DNA of 64,000 nt from Bugula neritina (lineage: Eukaryota; Animalia; Bryozoa): NCBI GenBank assembly GCA_964035545.1, contig OZ037771.1, positions 7,411,190 through 7,475,189 of the forward strand, read 5' to 3'. How positions within the stretch are numbered: the stretch's first letter is position 1; each line of letters begins with the position of its first letter. This document shows, piece by piece, positions 1 through 20,800 of this stretch. A program made the position numbers and the translations under genes. Below the pieces are notes generated by a model. It searched no databases. It was not told the origin of the DNA and saw only the letters and a program-made list of their open reading frames with translations.

Positions 1-88
1 ATTATATAGAATATATTATGGTAAATGATATATATTGTAATATTGTAATATTATAATATAATACAATATTTACATTTACATATTGCAG

Positions 89-2136
89 TTGTCAGATCTA
101 ACAACTACAACATATTTGTACCTGTCACAAAAGAGCCGCAGAAACTGCGGACTCTGTATTCTCTTGACGGCAAGAATTTACATAAAGATTCAATGAATAG
201 CTGCAAAGATGTAAGTTTGAACTTTTACGTTGAAGTTGCATCATTAGGCAAACTACTGGAGAACAAATTTCACATTTTTTTACTATTTTAAAGTCTTGAT
301 AGTGGGAGTTTAGAACTATGCCCGAGCTATACAGGCCACATGGTTTGAGATCTTTTGCTATCCGCACAGTAACAATTATGATTAAATGCTTTACCTGACA
401 ATTTCAACAGCCTTGTCTGCTAATTAAAGCTTATGACCGTGTACACTAGGCCAGTGCTTTTTTCTTCTATAGTATGGTAATTATGATAGTTTTATAGGAG
501 AGTGGATAAAAAGGCTATTAATTATAAACTACCTTTTGGCATGAAGTCCTATCTGTATAGTTTATAAGCTTAGCTTAGTTTAGCTTAAGTCATGTTTTAT
601 TTCATTTAATTAAAACCTTATATATTATGCTATGCTATTATAAACAAATATTTTTTACTATGTTAGTGGATTTTTGTATTGAATCTAGAAATTGGCACGA
701 AGTTTATTGCAGAATTGTTTAATATTGTAGGTGAGTTATTACTTTACTAATGTGAAGAGTATTGCATGAAGTAAGTCATCCTGGTTGATGTCACATGTTG
801 TTTGGAAAGACGGCATCTGGCCTCTCTTAATCTCTTCTACTGCTAGCATCTCTCCGCTTGATGATATCATTCCTTTATTTAGTTCCAACATTCACTGCTG
901 ATAGTTTATGTTGATGTCAACTGGAATTAGCTATTGCAAACTAATCATGTATAGAGTATTCAGTATTCAGTATTTTATTCAGTTTATGAGAATTGTATTG
1001 CATTATGTTATATTAAATTGTATTATATTTTATTATACTAAATTATGTTATATTTATTTGAAATATTTTTTTTGTCATGCAACTGTATTCATTTTACTAT
1101 AAAAAAACTCCTTGGGTTTTCAGGTAATTTGTGCTCTATTTACATTCCACCACTGTTTCTATATTGTATATGCAATAATTGTAGCTAAGCAAAATTATTA
1201 CAGTATTGTTTTAATAGCAAAACTGAATTTCAATAACAGGCTGCACAATTAGTAGCAGTTTTATTTTTAGATTTTTTAAATAAAACATCTGCAGTTACAG
1301 CCAGAAACTGATATTCTCCCTATTTAGACTTATCTCTGTGCCATAATTATTACAGCTAGTGCAGTTTATTAGCCTGTTCAAATTTCAGCTATTTTGGAAT
1401 GTCCAAACAGTTTATACCTTCTGTTATATATATGAGATATATTATGTTAGAAGAGAAAGAAAATATAGTACCAGTAAACTTTAAACCTCACATTTATAAT
1501 ATGTATTTAACAATATAAAAGAGTTCCTACCTACTGCACTGTCAGGTCAAACAGTTATAACTGAGCTAACTAAAATACTATGAGAAGATGACTCTAATGG
1601 CATGCAGCTTTTTAGCATCAACTCGGTATTATATAATTCTGATTGTGAGCAACAATAACCGCTTTGACCCATTTTACAAAATATTTTTTTTACAATATTT
1701 GACTAATTTAAAATTAAAAAGAGAGTTTTGGCTTTTTAGTTACTAGAAACATGCAAGGCTGTCTTTATTATAACTATGGTGCCCCGCCCCCACCCGCAGT
1801 GTAAGTCAAGGTCATAGAAGATAACTAACTTATAGCCATTTACTTCATTCAATTTTATATATAATATAATATAAGGCTAGTAGCTTATTAAGTTGTCTAT
1901 TTCACCATCTCTAGTGCTGTATTAGGAAATTGAATATACTCTCATATGCAGCAAATCAATATATATACTCCAGGTTCACCAGCTATTCTACAATCAAATA
2001 CATTCGTTAGCAGAGGTTATTGAATCTACACAGCAGTTTTTTGAGAGCAGTATAATCTCTTCCCTACATGAAAGTGATCTTCAGGTTACAAGAGGGTACT
2101 TTGTAAATGACAGAAAACCTTTACATGCGGAATTTT
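89..2136 (+). CDS. Two candidate internal exons (89-210, 1974-2136) of an unidentified gene entering from the left
   Basis: Both have AG acceptors and GTAAGT donors, are open, and join in phase (VRSNNYNIFVPVTKEPQKLRTLYSLDGKNLHKDSMNSCKD / VHQLFYNQIHSLAEVIESTQQFFESSIISSLHESDLQVTRGYFVNDRKPLHAEF). No domain recognised; downstream exon not found. Confidence 0.35.
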
Positions 2137-3564
2137 GTAAGTTTTGCTTCTGTTTTTCTGTGAGAGGGAAGGGTTGAACTTAAATCAATTTGTAAGTTTA
2201 TCTGCTATTCTTTTTAGTGGAAATATAAGGTTAGCTTTGTGAAATATTCTATTATTACTTTATATGAAAATAAGCAAACTGATATTTCAGCTACAACTGT
2301 ATTCATCTTCGTTGTTTGAATGAAAATTAATTGTCAGGATTTAATGTCAAATGACATGGATGGTGATGGGTATAATATATTTACTGCATTTCCATTACTT
2401 CTAAGAATGGATGCTCATACGAATGAAGTTGTAGTTTGTATGAACTTATAGCTGTGATTTCATTCAACACAACTGCTTCCACACACTGGATACATATATT
2501 ACACAACCAGTGACTTAGCATATTGACGGGTGTCGGCATGTAATATGCTATCCAAATGGTAGCAATTACATTTCCACATTTGTATCAATACCATTAAAAC
2601 TGAACCCTGCAGCTAAAATAAAAAAATTTTTTAATAGCCTATTCTCAATAAGTTTAGTAAGTATTACAGGTAATAATTCAGTAAAGTGAATATAATAATA
2701 TATTTGTATGTACGCTCAGTTTTCAAGCCCACATGCAACATTTGAACCATGATCAAATCACAACTCACTGAAGCACTGTAACAACAGTTATTTACTGACA
2801 AGCATTATGTTTTGTCTTTATTCTTTCAAGGCATCAACTTTTTACTGACAAAGCCATTGTCAAAACTACATAATACCAAGTGCTATACATTCTAAATCTT
2901 CTATCTTTTGATTTGGTATCACAACAAGTTTTGCTTCAGAATTCAAAATTAATTAATATAAATTCCGATAGTAAAAGTAGCAAAACCTGCATGCATAGTA
3001 TTATTATGCTAGGCATATGGCAATCTCGTGTCAAATTGATTATTTTACCTGGCAATGGCATAGCCTATTTTGTTCCTCTCTACTTTTATGTTATTTGTTA
3101 AAATATTGATCTGAGTGCAATTACATCCCATGTATGTAACTCTCGGAGTAGAAGATGAGCAACTTATTTGAAGTTTTTTTCCAGTTTAGTAACAACCAAC
3201 TAATTAACAAATAGTGCAATTGATTTGTTTTCTGGCAGCTATTTTGATTTACAAACCTTGTTTGGGCATGAATGGTGCCTTGCTGTTTGGACTTCAAATA
3301 TATAAATGTGCCATTTTATTTACAGATTACCTGTTTAAATAGTATTGAAAATGGAAGCAGAATCTTTTCCATTATAATAATAAATTTTTGTAAATATTTA
3401 TATTGATCTGCTATAATGTTTATAAGATTATAGTTAAGTGTAAAATAATATCTTTGCCAGTTCTTTGTTACAAACTCTTATTGTTTGTTATAATATTATA
3501 TTATATTATATTATTCTATACTATATTGTACTATATTTTATTATATTGTATTAATTTTAGAATT

Positions 3565-3715
3565 GCATTGTATTGCATTGTATTGTATTGTATTGTATTG
3601 TATTGTATTGTATTGTATTGTATTGTATTGTATTGTATTGTATTGTATTGTATTGTATTGTATTGTATTGTACTGTGCTGTACTGCCCTGTGCTGCGCTT
3701 TATTGTATTGTATTG
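3565..3715. repeat. (TATTG)n pentanucleotide microsatellite
   Basis: Direct reading; source of the spurious YCIVL ORFs. Confidence 0.95.
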
Positions 3716-4573
3716 TATCATATTATGTTATATTATAATAATATATTATACCATATTTTATTATACTGTATCATATTATATATATATATAATTTAACATG
3801 ATACTGTACTATACATATTATGTAATACTATCTTAATGCAAGTTGTATTAAATTATGATATACTATATTATAATATTATATTGCATTATATTATAACTGT
3901 ATCAAATTATCATAATTATGCCCTTTCAATATGATTTACACATGTATAATATGATTGATACAATTAATGCTTTACAAAAGATAATGGAGGTTCTATTTTG
4001 CACCACACAACAGCTCTGAAATGTATCTGCTCAAATAAAGAAGCACTAAAAAGACTAGCTGGGGTTGATATCCACATTTTAGCCAGAGGTTAACTATTCT
4101 CTCTGGTCGATAATTTAACTCAATATATAAAATCATTAATTTTGTTTAAGATTACATGATGCCTATTAGCATGTATTATAGGTCAGTATAGCTCTTGAAC
4201 AGCTCACTATACTCAGCCTAATTTCCTTTCTTTAATCTGTTGGGTGAACAAGGGGGCTCTCTACACTTCAAGGTAATTTGGTGCCATCTTTTGTGGCATG
4301 ACATTTTCTACCATCACATAGCATGACATTTACATACAACAGTCACAGCACCCACCAACTGGTAGAGGTCACAATTTGCTTGCGGCATGCAGGGAACATA
4401 TTAAGTTCAATCGCCAAGTCTTTATTTTTCTGTCCAGTGCTGGGTATCTATAGTATAGCGTCTAATATTTTAATCGTTCACTCTAAGAAATCAAGAACAC
4501 ATTGACTTACTTCACGTTTCCTATGTATATAAGTCTGTATCATTTAAAGTCAGAGATAGCATTGAAATAATGA

Positions 4574-4781
4574 GGGGCAGCCATGGTCTAGAGGTTAGAG
4601 GTTAGAATGCTGGCTTAGTAAACCTGAGGTCATCAGTTCAAGCTCCAGCAAAAGCCATTGGTGTTGTTAGGAAGAGCATCCAGTCATAATTGCTGAATGA
4701 GTTTGAATAAGTTTAATAAGTCCTTAGCCCACTTTAAAAAAAACCTTTTCATCAGCAGTATTGACTATAAACTGGTGTGAG
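4574..4781 (+). mobile_element. tRNA-derived SINE, copy A
   Basis: GGGGCAGCCATGGTCTAG..GGTTAG A-box, GTTCAAGC B-box-like, then AAAGCCATTGGTG..TTAGGAAGAGCATCCAGTCATA body and AGTCCTTAGCCC..GACTATAAAC..GTGTGAG tail shared with other copies in the window. Confidence 0.8.
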
Positions 4782-4875
4782 CTTTTTACAGCATTGAAAT
4801 ATTAATATATTTTATGATGCTCTGTTAAAGCAAGAACGAGATAAGCAGCTTCGGCTGCCAGCATAGCGGGCTGGT

Positions 4876-11036
<6,161 letters not shown>

Positions 11037-12221
11037 GGAACCTATGCTAATAAAAGAAAATGGTGACTCAAGTTTATTCAACTATTTCTTACAGCAGCTG
11101 CCTGTCAACAGCAAAACTATTGGCTGCCGGCTATTATTTTCTCAGCTGCTTGCTCATACTTCTAAAAAAACTCAACTTACTAAATTTAAGTAATGCAAGA
11201 CACGTGATAAAGTTCTTTCTGTAATTTATGTGCAGTCAGGTAGTTCAGAGTTGTGTTCTCCAAAAGTATATTTTTACAGCAGGACATTGCATATATTTCT
11301 CATATTTATAATTTATTTATGTGAAAGAGTAATATTCATAAAAGGATATAAATGTTCTAATGTTGCAAAAATTGCGACTGATATCTACTGTTTAGAATAC
11401 TTTTCCATCTTGATACAATACGATGAAAAGGGTTGTAATACTCCAATATTTTAATAAGTCTTTGCTGGAGAATTCATGTTATATTTTGTTATTTGAGAAT
11501 AACATAAAGTTTTATATAAATAATATTATTTTGGCTCTGGGCAAAGTACTGTTAATACATTTGGTCTATAAGTAAACAAAGCTGTTTGTAGCATATTTAA
11601 CTACTCCACTGTTGCTAACCAATATTAACATTTATAACATCAGCATAAATCAGCAAAGATAAACCAATCATTATAAGTCAATTAGTTAGTAATATGATTG
11701 AGAGGCAAAATTTAATACCAGCACAAAAAACATGTATAGCTGCCTTTATTGTTATATATGCGTATATCCAATTTTCAATACTACAACAAATAATATATAT
11801 TGTGATAATCAAAGATTTACTCTTCTATGCTGTATTTTAGCTTTAGGTCTTGAAATATTTAATGCTTTGATGTTTGGAATAATATGTACCCATAAGACTT
11901 TTGTAGTAGATCCTTATAATGAAACTGGTCCAAATTCTACCACAAAATATATAATACCAGCACTGATATTTCTGGCATAGCCTGTAATATACACTGCAAG
12001 TATAAATGTGAACTAGATTCAACATGTACAGTGTCAGATGCAAGAATTATAACCTGATGTAATAGTGAGGATTATAAAGCGCTGCAAAACTTATCACTAG
12101 GCCAATCTTGGTATAAGTGTGAACACGCACCTGACATTTCCCAGGGCGTTGAGTACTAAACAAATTCTGTCACATGCGTAATACCATTAATTAAAATACA
12201 GCTGTAGCACGGCGTGACATC

Positions 12222-13013
12222 ATGAAAGGGCACTTGTTAATAACATGTGCTATTCTGTCAGTGTGTGTCACTTTATGTGTCACTACAGAAGACCAGACTT
12301 TCCAACAGCTTAAGAACTACGTAGACTCTCTGCCCGAACCTGAGAAGGTAGATATAGCACTTTATACCTAGCTGTTTGCTCAACCGTACTTCACCAACTA
12401 GTCTTAATATACTCCTTAGAACTTATGTCTCTTACACAGTGTAATATCTTCAATGTCTTATATGAGTCATGGGAACAGCCATGGTGTAGAGAGGCTAGAG
12501 TGTTTGGCTTAGTAAACACGTGGTTGTGGGTTCGATCCCCAGTAAAGGCCATTGGTGGTGTTAGGAAGAGCATCCAGTCATATTGCTCTGGAGTCTAGTG
12601 CCATACATGAATAAATCCTTAGCTTACTTTAAAAAATCCCTTTTCGTGAAGGGATTTTCACAGGGATAGTGACTATAAACTTGTGTGAGTTTTTTATATA
12701 TGGGTTTGAGCTAGCTAGTAGGTCTTTTGTTACAGTGCCATGTCTTTATTCTTAGTCACTGTGTGTGTGTGTGCGTGTGCGCGTTTGCGCGTGTGCGCGT
12801 GTGTGCGTGTGCGTGTGCGTGGGTGTGGGGGGTGTGTGTGTGCGTGTGTGTGCTAATAAGCATAGAATCTAATTAATACAGTAGACATATTTTATTTTTT
12901 AGGTTGATGTTGTGGTGAGAGTCAAACAAAATATGGATAATGCAGAGGAATATGGCGCAGAAGTTCACCTGTTGAAACGAGAAATAGGAGTGGCTTTCGA
13001 CAACTTGAAATAA
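12222..13013 (+). CDS. Small secreted protein / putative peptide precursor, 78 aa, 2 exons
   Basis: Exon 12222-12347 MKGHLLITCAILSVCVTLCVTTEDQTFQQLKNYVDSLPEPEK (AAG|GTAGAT), exon 12903-13013 VDVVVRVKQNMDNAEEYGAEVHLLKREIGVAFDNLK* after a T-rich TAG acceptor. Signal-peptide-like N terminus; TATAAA 12073-12078; AATAAA 13053-13058. Confidence 0.7.
12470..12689 (+). mobile_element. tRNA-derived SINE, copy B (in the small-peptide intron)
   Basis: TGGTGTAG..GGCTAG A-box, GGTTCGATCCC B-box, same body and tail as copy A. Confidence 0.85.
12760..12852. repeat. (GT/GC)n alternating purine-pyrimidine microsatellite
   Basis: Direct reading. Confidence 0.9.
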
Positions 13014-15156
13014 CAGATTTATACCATAAAATATTTATTGAAAGTTTATTTTAATAAAAATAAAAACAGTTGTCTGATGTCTCCATATCTAGAGAGCTAG
13101 TGTCTTACAGTTTATTGAACTATGTAGACTGTGAAACTAACAAATTATCTTTTAATCTCAACAAATGAACTACAAATTCAAATAAAGCCTTTCGTGTCGT
13201 ATGACCAACGGTATTTTTAGTACAATTCAATAAATCAGATTTAATACCCTGATTGAAGCTTTCCATCCATCAACAAATAATATATATAATGTATCAATAT
13301 ATAATATCATATAATATTGAACATTGGAAATTACAATGTTATTGCCTCAAGTAGTCTAGAAAAATCTATGGTTTACATTCATTTGCATACTAGTCAAATT
13401 AATAGAACGAGGATGATTATAAATTTATAACATTAAGACAGGATCAAAAGATTAATTATGCATGCCCATAAAAACATTTCAGCTTACAATTTGCAACCCT
13501 GGGCTACAGGACTAATCTTATGTATTCTATGAAGTCACATTGTCCGTAGCCATAATTTGTTATAAGCGAATTTTATGAAGACATTATCTCAATGGGGCCT
13601 ATCAGTGGGGTAGTTTTTCAAAAGCAGCTTGGTGAAGTTTATAAGGGAGAATAACTCCGCAACAGACTAATCACCGAAGCCAAATAGAAACATTTAAGTG
13701 TAAAAAAGGATTTGCTGGACACGACAACTTTTGCAACATGCAATTCTTGTACTAACTTTTAGGGCATATACGCAAGCCTCCTAAAGTTTTCAATTGTTTT
13801 ATAGAAGCAGTGAATTGTAAAATTCATACGATTTTGTTTTGTTGATAATTGAACAACGTTAGAAACAGCATCAAGTTGGGAGTGACCAAGTGCAGTATTT
13901 ATATACCCATAGTTGCCCGAACTTTAAACCTTGTACTTCAAGTCTAGCTCTTCGAACTAATGCATTTAATGACCACCAACTTGGTGCTGTTTCACTCGAT
14001 TTTTATAATAATAACCAGTATGATGATGAAAATGAAATGTCGTTACTGTTTTCAGTTGTAATTCACTAATTGTAGGCTTATTTCTTTTTCTTACGCGGCC
14101 TTTACGCTTTAGGTGCGAAACTGATCGACTATCCCGTAAGGGCATGACTCATATAAGTATCAGTATTAGTATATGATTATCATTATGATAATGATAATCA
14201 TAATGATAATGATAATCATATGATTATGATTATGTTATATGTATGAGTCTATGACAGTCATCAAGAACCTTGTTTTTATTTTAAGAGTAATTTTAAAGTT
14301 AAATGTTATTCCAATTTTAAAATAAAAATCAGTTCAAACAGTAAGACTAGGTGTAAGACTAAGACTCTAAGAGTAAGACTAACTAAGCGTAGCACCGGTT
14401 TTTCTCGTGCTCATAATCATAGTGATAGTTATAGTCATACTAAAGCACCTATAGCCTACTCTTTCTTATACTTATAGTTATAGTTAATACTGATAGTCAT
14501 AGTGATACTCATACTGATAGTAATACTAATACTAATAGTGATACTTATAGTTATAGTTAATGTTATAGTCTCAGTCATATTGATAGTGATGCTCAGCCTC
14601 ATGAGTCATGGTCATACTCATACTGATACTCATAGTCATAGTGGTATTGATAATCATACTGATACTCATACTGATACAGTGATACTCAAATTAAAATACT
14701 CAGGCTATTATCTAACTCAATTTTATGGATTAATCCAAAGTTGTAATTGTGGAAACTAAACTTATCAACTTATTGTTAATACTATTAGTGATTTGAATAA
14801 TTACAATAAAGTGAATAAACTATCAAAATTGCTCATACTCTGGGTCTGTTATGTATATATTATATGGTCATAAATTTATTAAAAAAAATGTGTACCCATA
14901 GCTTAAGCCCATGTTGTAGTGGCATATTGTTATTGATGCATATACTTACAGTTATCTGCTGCATTCTGCATATATGATCAAGTACTAAAAGCTGTAGAAT
15001 TCAACTACAGTATATAGGCATTAAGCATTATTGCTGTAACCAGCATTAAATGTAGATAAGCCTTTACATTTTATTTCTACTTGATTCAACATTGCGTTTA
15101 CTTTCTACAGGTATAAATTCAACGTATAAGGCACAGAGGTTTTTGCAACAGTTTCA

Positions 15157-17412
<2,256 letters not shown>

Positions 17413-17881
17413 GTCTATGTCGCGAATTATAATGACATTTGACTGAGTTCACCTGTAATTTATGTAGTGGTATCTACATTGTTTTCCATAGAAACTGTTG
17501 CTATGCAGTACTTTTAAGACTTTAATTTCTCACTCAAGCCGTAACGTTTTTACAATGAATTGCTGCTCATAAGTTATTATTTGCTCATTTAGAATGTCGT
17601 GTTATTTGATGTGTGTTTTTTGCTAATCAATCACCAGTGATACTTATTTCTTTATATTTATCTTGTAGTTATCTTCTCTATGTTGCTCACTCTCCAACTG
17701 TATATTATTTTTTATATTTTGTGCAATCTACTGCCTCATCTCTACACATTCCAATTATTATAAACTTGTCGGTATAAATAAATTGTCTTTTTATTTTATA
17801 TTCATTAAATTGATTAGCTTTTAAAGTTGTCACATCACTAGACAACTTATTAGCAGTCAATATAAAACCAGCACTTGAGAG

Positions 17882-20800
17882 TTAATTTTCTTCTGTCATG
17901 AGCTCCCATATGGTTGACGGCACGCGACATGCTTTTTGGTGTTGCGCGTGCGAACCGCGCTGTCCACTAGTAGATTGTTGTGTGCTTAGTGACCTTCTAC
18001 GTCTGCGACTTTGCCTGGGTTCTATCCTTTCTCTTGCAATTATGGAAAGGCGTCCATCTTCCCTCCCATCATCTATACCAATGACATCTATCACCTTTTC
18101 TGACTGATCATATTCTGTTTCTTGAGAGCTCGACCTCTGTCGAACTTCTTCATTTTCGGCAGGTATCTGTACCTTGGATTCTCTCAGCTGACTCACAGAT
18201 GATTGGGTGATTTGTTGGAATGATAAAGCTGACATGATCTGTAAAATATTAGATGTTTTTGTTAAATGCATGCAGCTTGTTTGCCAACAGTCATTTTATC
18301 TGTACCTTTAAATTATAAAACTTCAACTATAAAATTCTCTACTAAATTTTGCAATACTGTAAGCTCTAATTTTTCTTTTGATCTTGTTCACCAATTTTAG
18401 ACTATATTTTATTATTTGTTTCATTTTGTTAGAAGCTCTTATTTATTTTCAAAATAGAATTGATTATTGGCTGAACGCCAAGTTTTTAAAACCAATTTAT
18501 GTCCTTTGATAGAGTTATATACTGGCTGCTGTTTTCAGGTTTTAATAAATTTTCAAAAGGTTAAATATAAACAGTGTGTGTGTGTAAATGTAACCAAATG
18601 GGATTTGCAACGAGTTATCGGCAAATCTGAGCAGATTTCATTTGTTTCTTTAAAACTTGAAGTGACATGTAATACAAATACTCATTAATATATGTTCTAC
18701 ACATCTAAAATTATATGTTCTTCAATATTACATATAGATGGTATTAGATGATGTATAGATGGCATTATACTAACCCCTTCGAGTTTGGTTTCTGTAGCCA
18801 TATTGGTTCTCCTAACAAACCTAGCAATAATATCACACTCTTCTTGTGAAAGCACACCCGTACTACCTAGCACATCTTGTACCTGCAAACAGTCAACAGT
18901 TATACAGGTTAAGCAGACTATACCTAGTAAAATATCTACCTAAATAATTCAGTATACAGTTTTAGCAGAGCTCTTTCTTGCATAAAGCTCAATGATCTAA
19001 AAAACCAAAAAAGCTGAGATATAGATTTTTGATTAGTTAGATAAATTCAGAATTCATATTAAGATTTGAAGGCTACAGCAAAATTTCATAGTCAGGTTCT
19101 TCTAGAGTTATTGCATCCATTATATCACAGAAAAGTAAGATATGACATATATATTTTATAAGACAGCATCTGAGGCAAATAGTTGTGAATACTTACATAG
19201 CCTTAGGTTTAAAAATATAAATTTGCAAGGAAAATGGCAAGTTGGTTTATCAAGATTAATTATTTCTCAGTAACAGATCTGATTAGTGTCTCGAAATGCC
19301 ACTTAATTCAAATATTATCTATTCTAGTTTAGCCACTTCTGCAATAACTCTACCAACAGACATCATACACTTTCAGCTAACTCTCAACCAATTAAATCAC
19401 CTGATGCATTTTGAGCAAGACATGGTCAAATTGTCTAAGTAGATGGCGAAGTGCCAATAGCAAGACTCCTTGGTTCTGTTCTCCCTGCTGGACTTCACGC
19501 TTCAATTCACCCACACTCTGCTGTTGGAAGAAGATACAATACTATACTATCATTACTTTAATTTTACAAGAACAAGTATGAATATATATAATCACTGTAT
19601 TATGTTAGTTTTTTCCTTTAATTGAAAATTCTTTTCTCACTAAGTACTGTAAATCTATTCCAGTTAAAAATCAGAAATGATTGTTGAAATGCATGGATGT
19701 AAATCAATGCCTAGAATAAAAACATGGCAGGTCTGTTACGCATGTAGCATGTACAGAACTGAGCTGATATTTTATAGATGTTTAAATTGTTCTGAAAATT
19801 CCTTTTTGGCAGAACTTTGCTCTAAAACAGTCATTGATTACTCACTCACGCAAATTTATAGTCACCATCCCTGTAAGAAACCCCTGATAAAAGGGGTTTT
19901 TGTTAAATCGGGCTAAGGACTCATTAAGGTGAGGTACAGGAGCAATTATGACTGAAGGCTCTTCCTGACATCACCAATGGCCTTTTTCAGAGTTCGAACC
20001 CGTGACTTCTTGCTTACGAGGCAAAAGATTTAACCCCTAGACCACGGCTATTCCCTACAATCGTTGATTACTAATTGTCAGAGACACTTATTATAATAAT
20101 TGTACCTTTAAATTTGAGTTCTTCTGTTTGTTATCTTTTTTTAGTTCCGAATTCACAGCCTCGAGGCGTTCAACCTGAGAGTTCTATTGAAATAATCAAA
20201 ATGTCTTAAAATATACGTTTTAGCGACTTCATTTCTGCACAGGAGCAAGTATGTATGAACGGATGTCTTTTTACAACATTGATAGCTCTTTCAGAATTTT
20301 AGCCAATAGACATTAGTTGCTCCAACATATAATAGAAATAATCTGTTAGAATAATAATAGATTACAAGTTTTAGCAGTGTCAGTTTTGTATGGTCTGCTA
20401 TTAAGACATCATCATTATTTAGATGATAGTTGATTGTAGAAATAAATAAGTTCAAACTGATGACATCAATCATTATTCTGGAATGGAATGTTTATAGATA
20501 TTGATTATTTATAAACAGATCTCTGTAAAGGGGGGTAATATTTTGATTGTTCTTTTTTTAAGGATTTATGGACTGTTATGATAGTTTATAGAAGGAAAAA
20601 GCTATAAATAATATAACTACCTTTTGATTTAGCAAGTGCTTTAAATGATTAATTTTAGGCTCCACATTTCCAGACTGATCTTTGTTCCTTTTGATGGGAT
20701 CAAAGAGCACGTTGGTGAGACTGGTAATTCGTAGCAAATGATTCTGGCGTGCACCTGTTTTCAGTAAACCAACTCTTCCAGTTGACTCAGATCTTTGCTT

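Noticed and set aside
3403-3796. ORFs with YCIVL/YYIIL/YIYI/ERER repeats (also 6527-6760, 8912-9118, 16356-16805, 14502-14759)
   Set aside because: Translations of microsatellites or low-complexity tracts; only the first 20 codons of 16356 are real TAX1BP3 exon.
12470-12545. tRNA gene
   Set aside because: Stems are degenerate and the sequence continues into a shared SINE body and tail.
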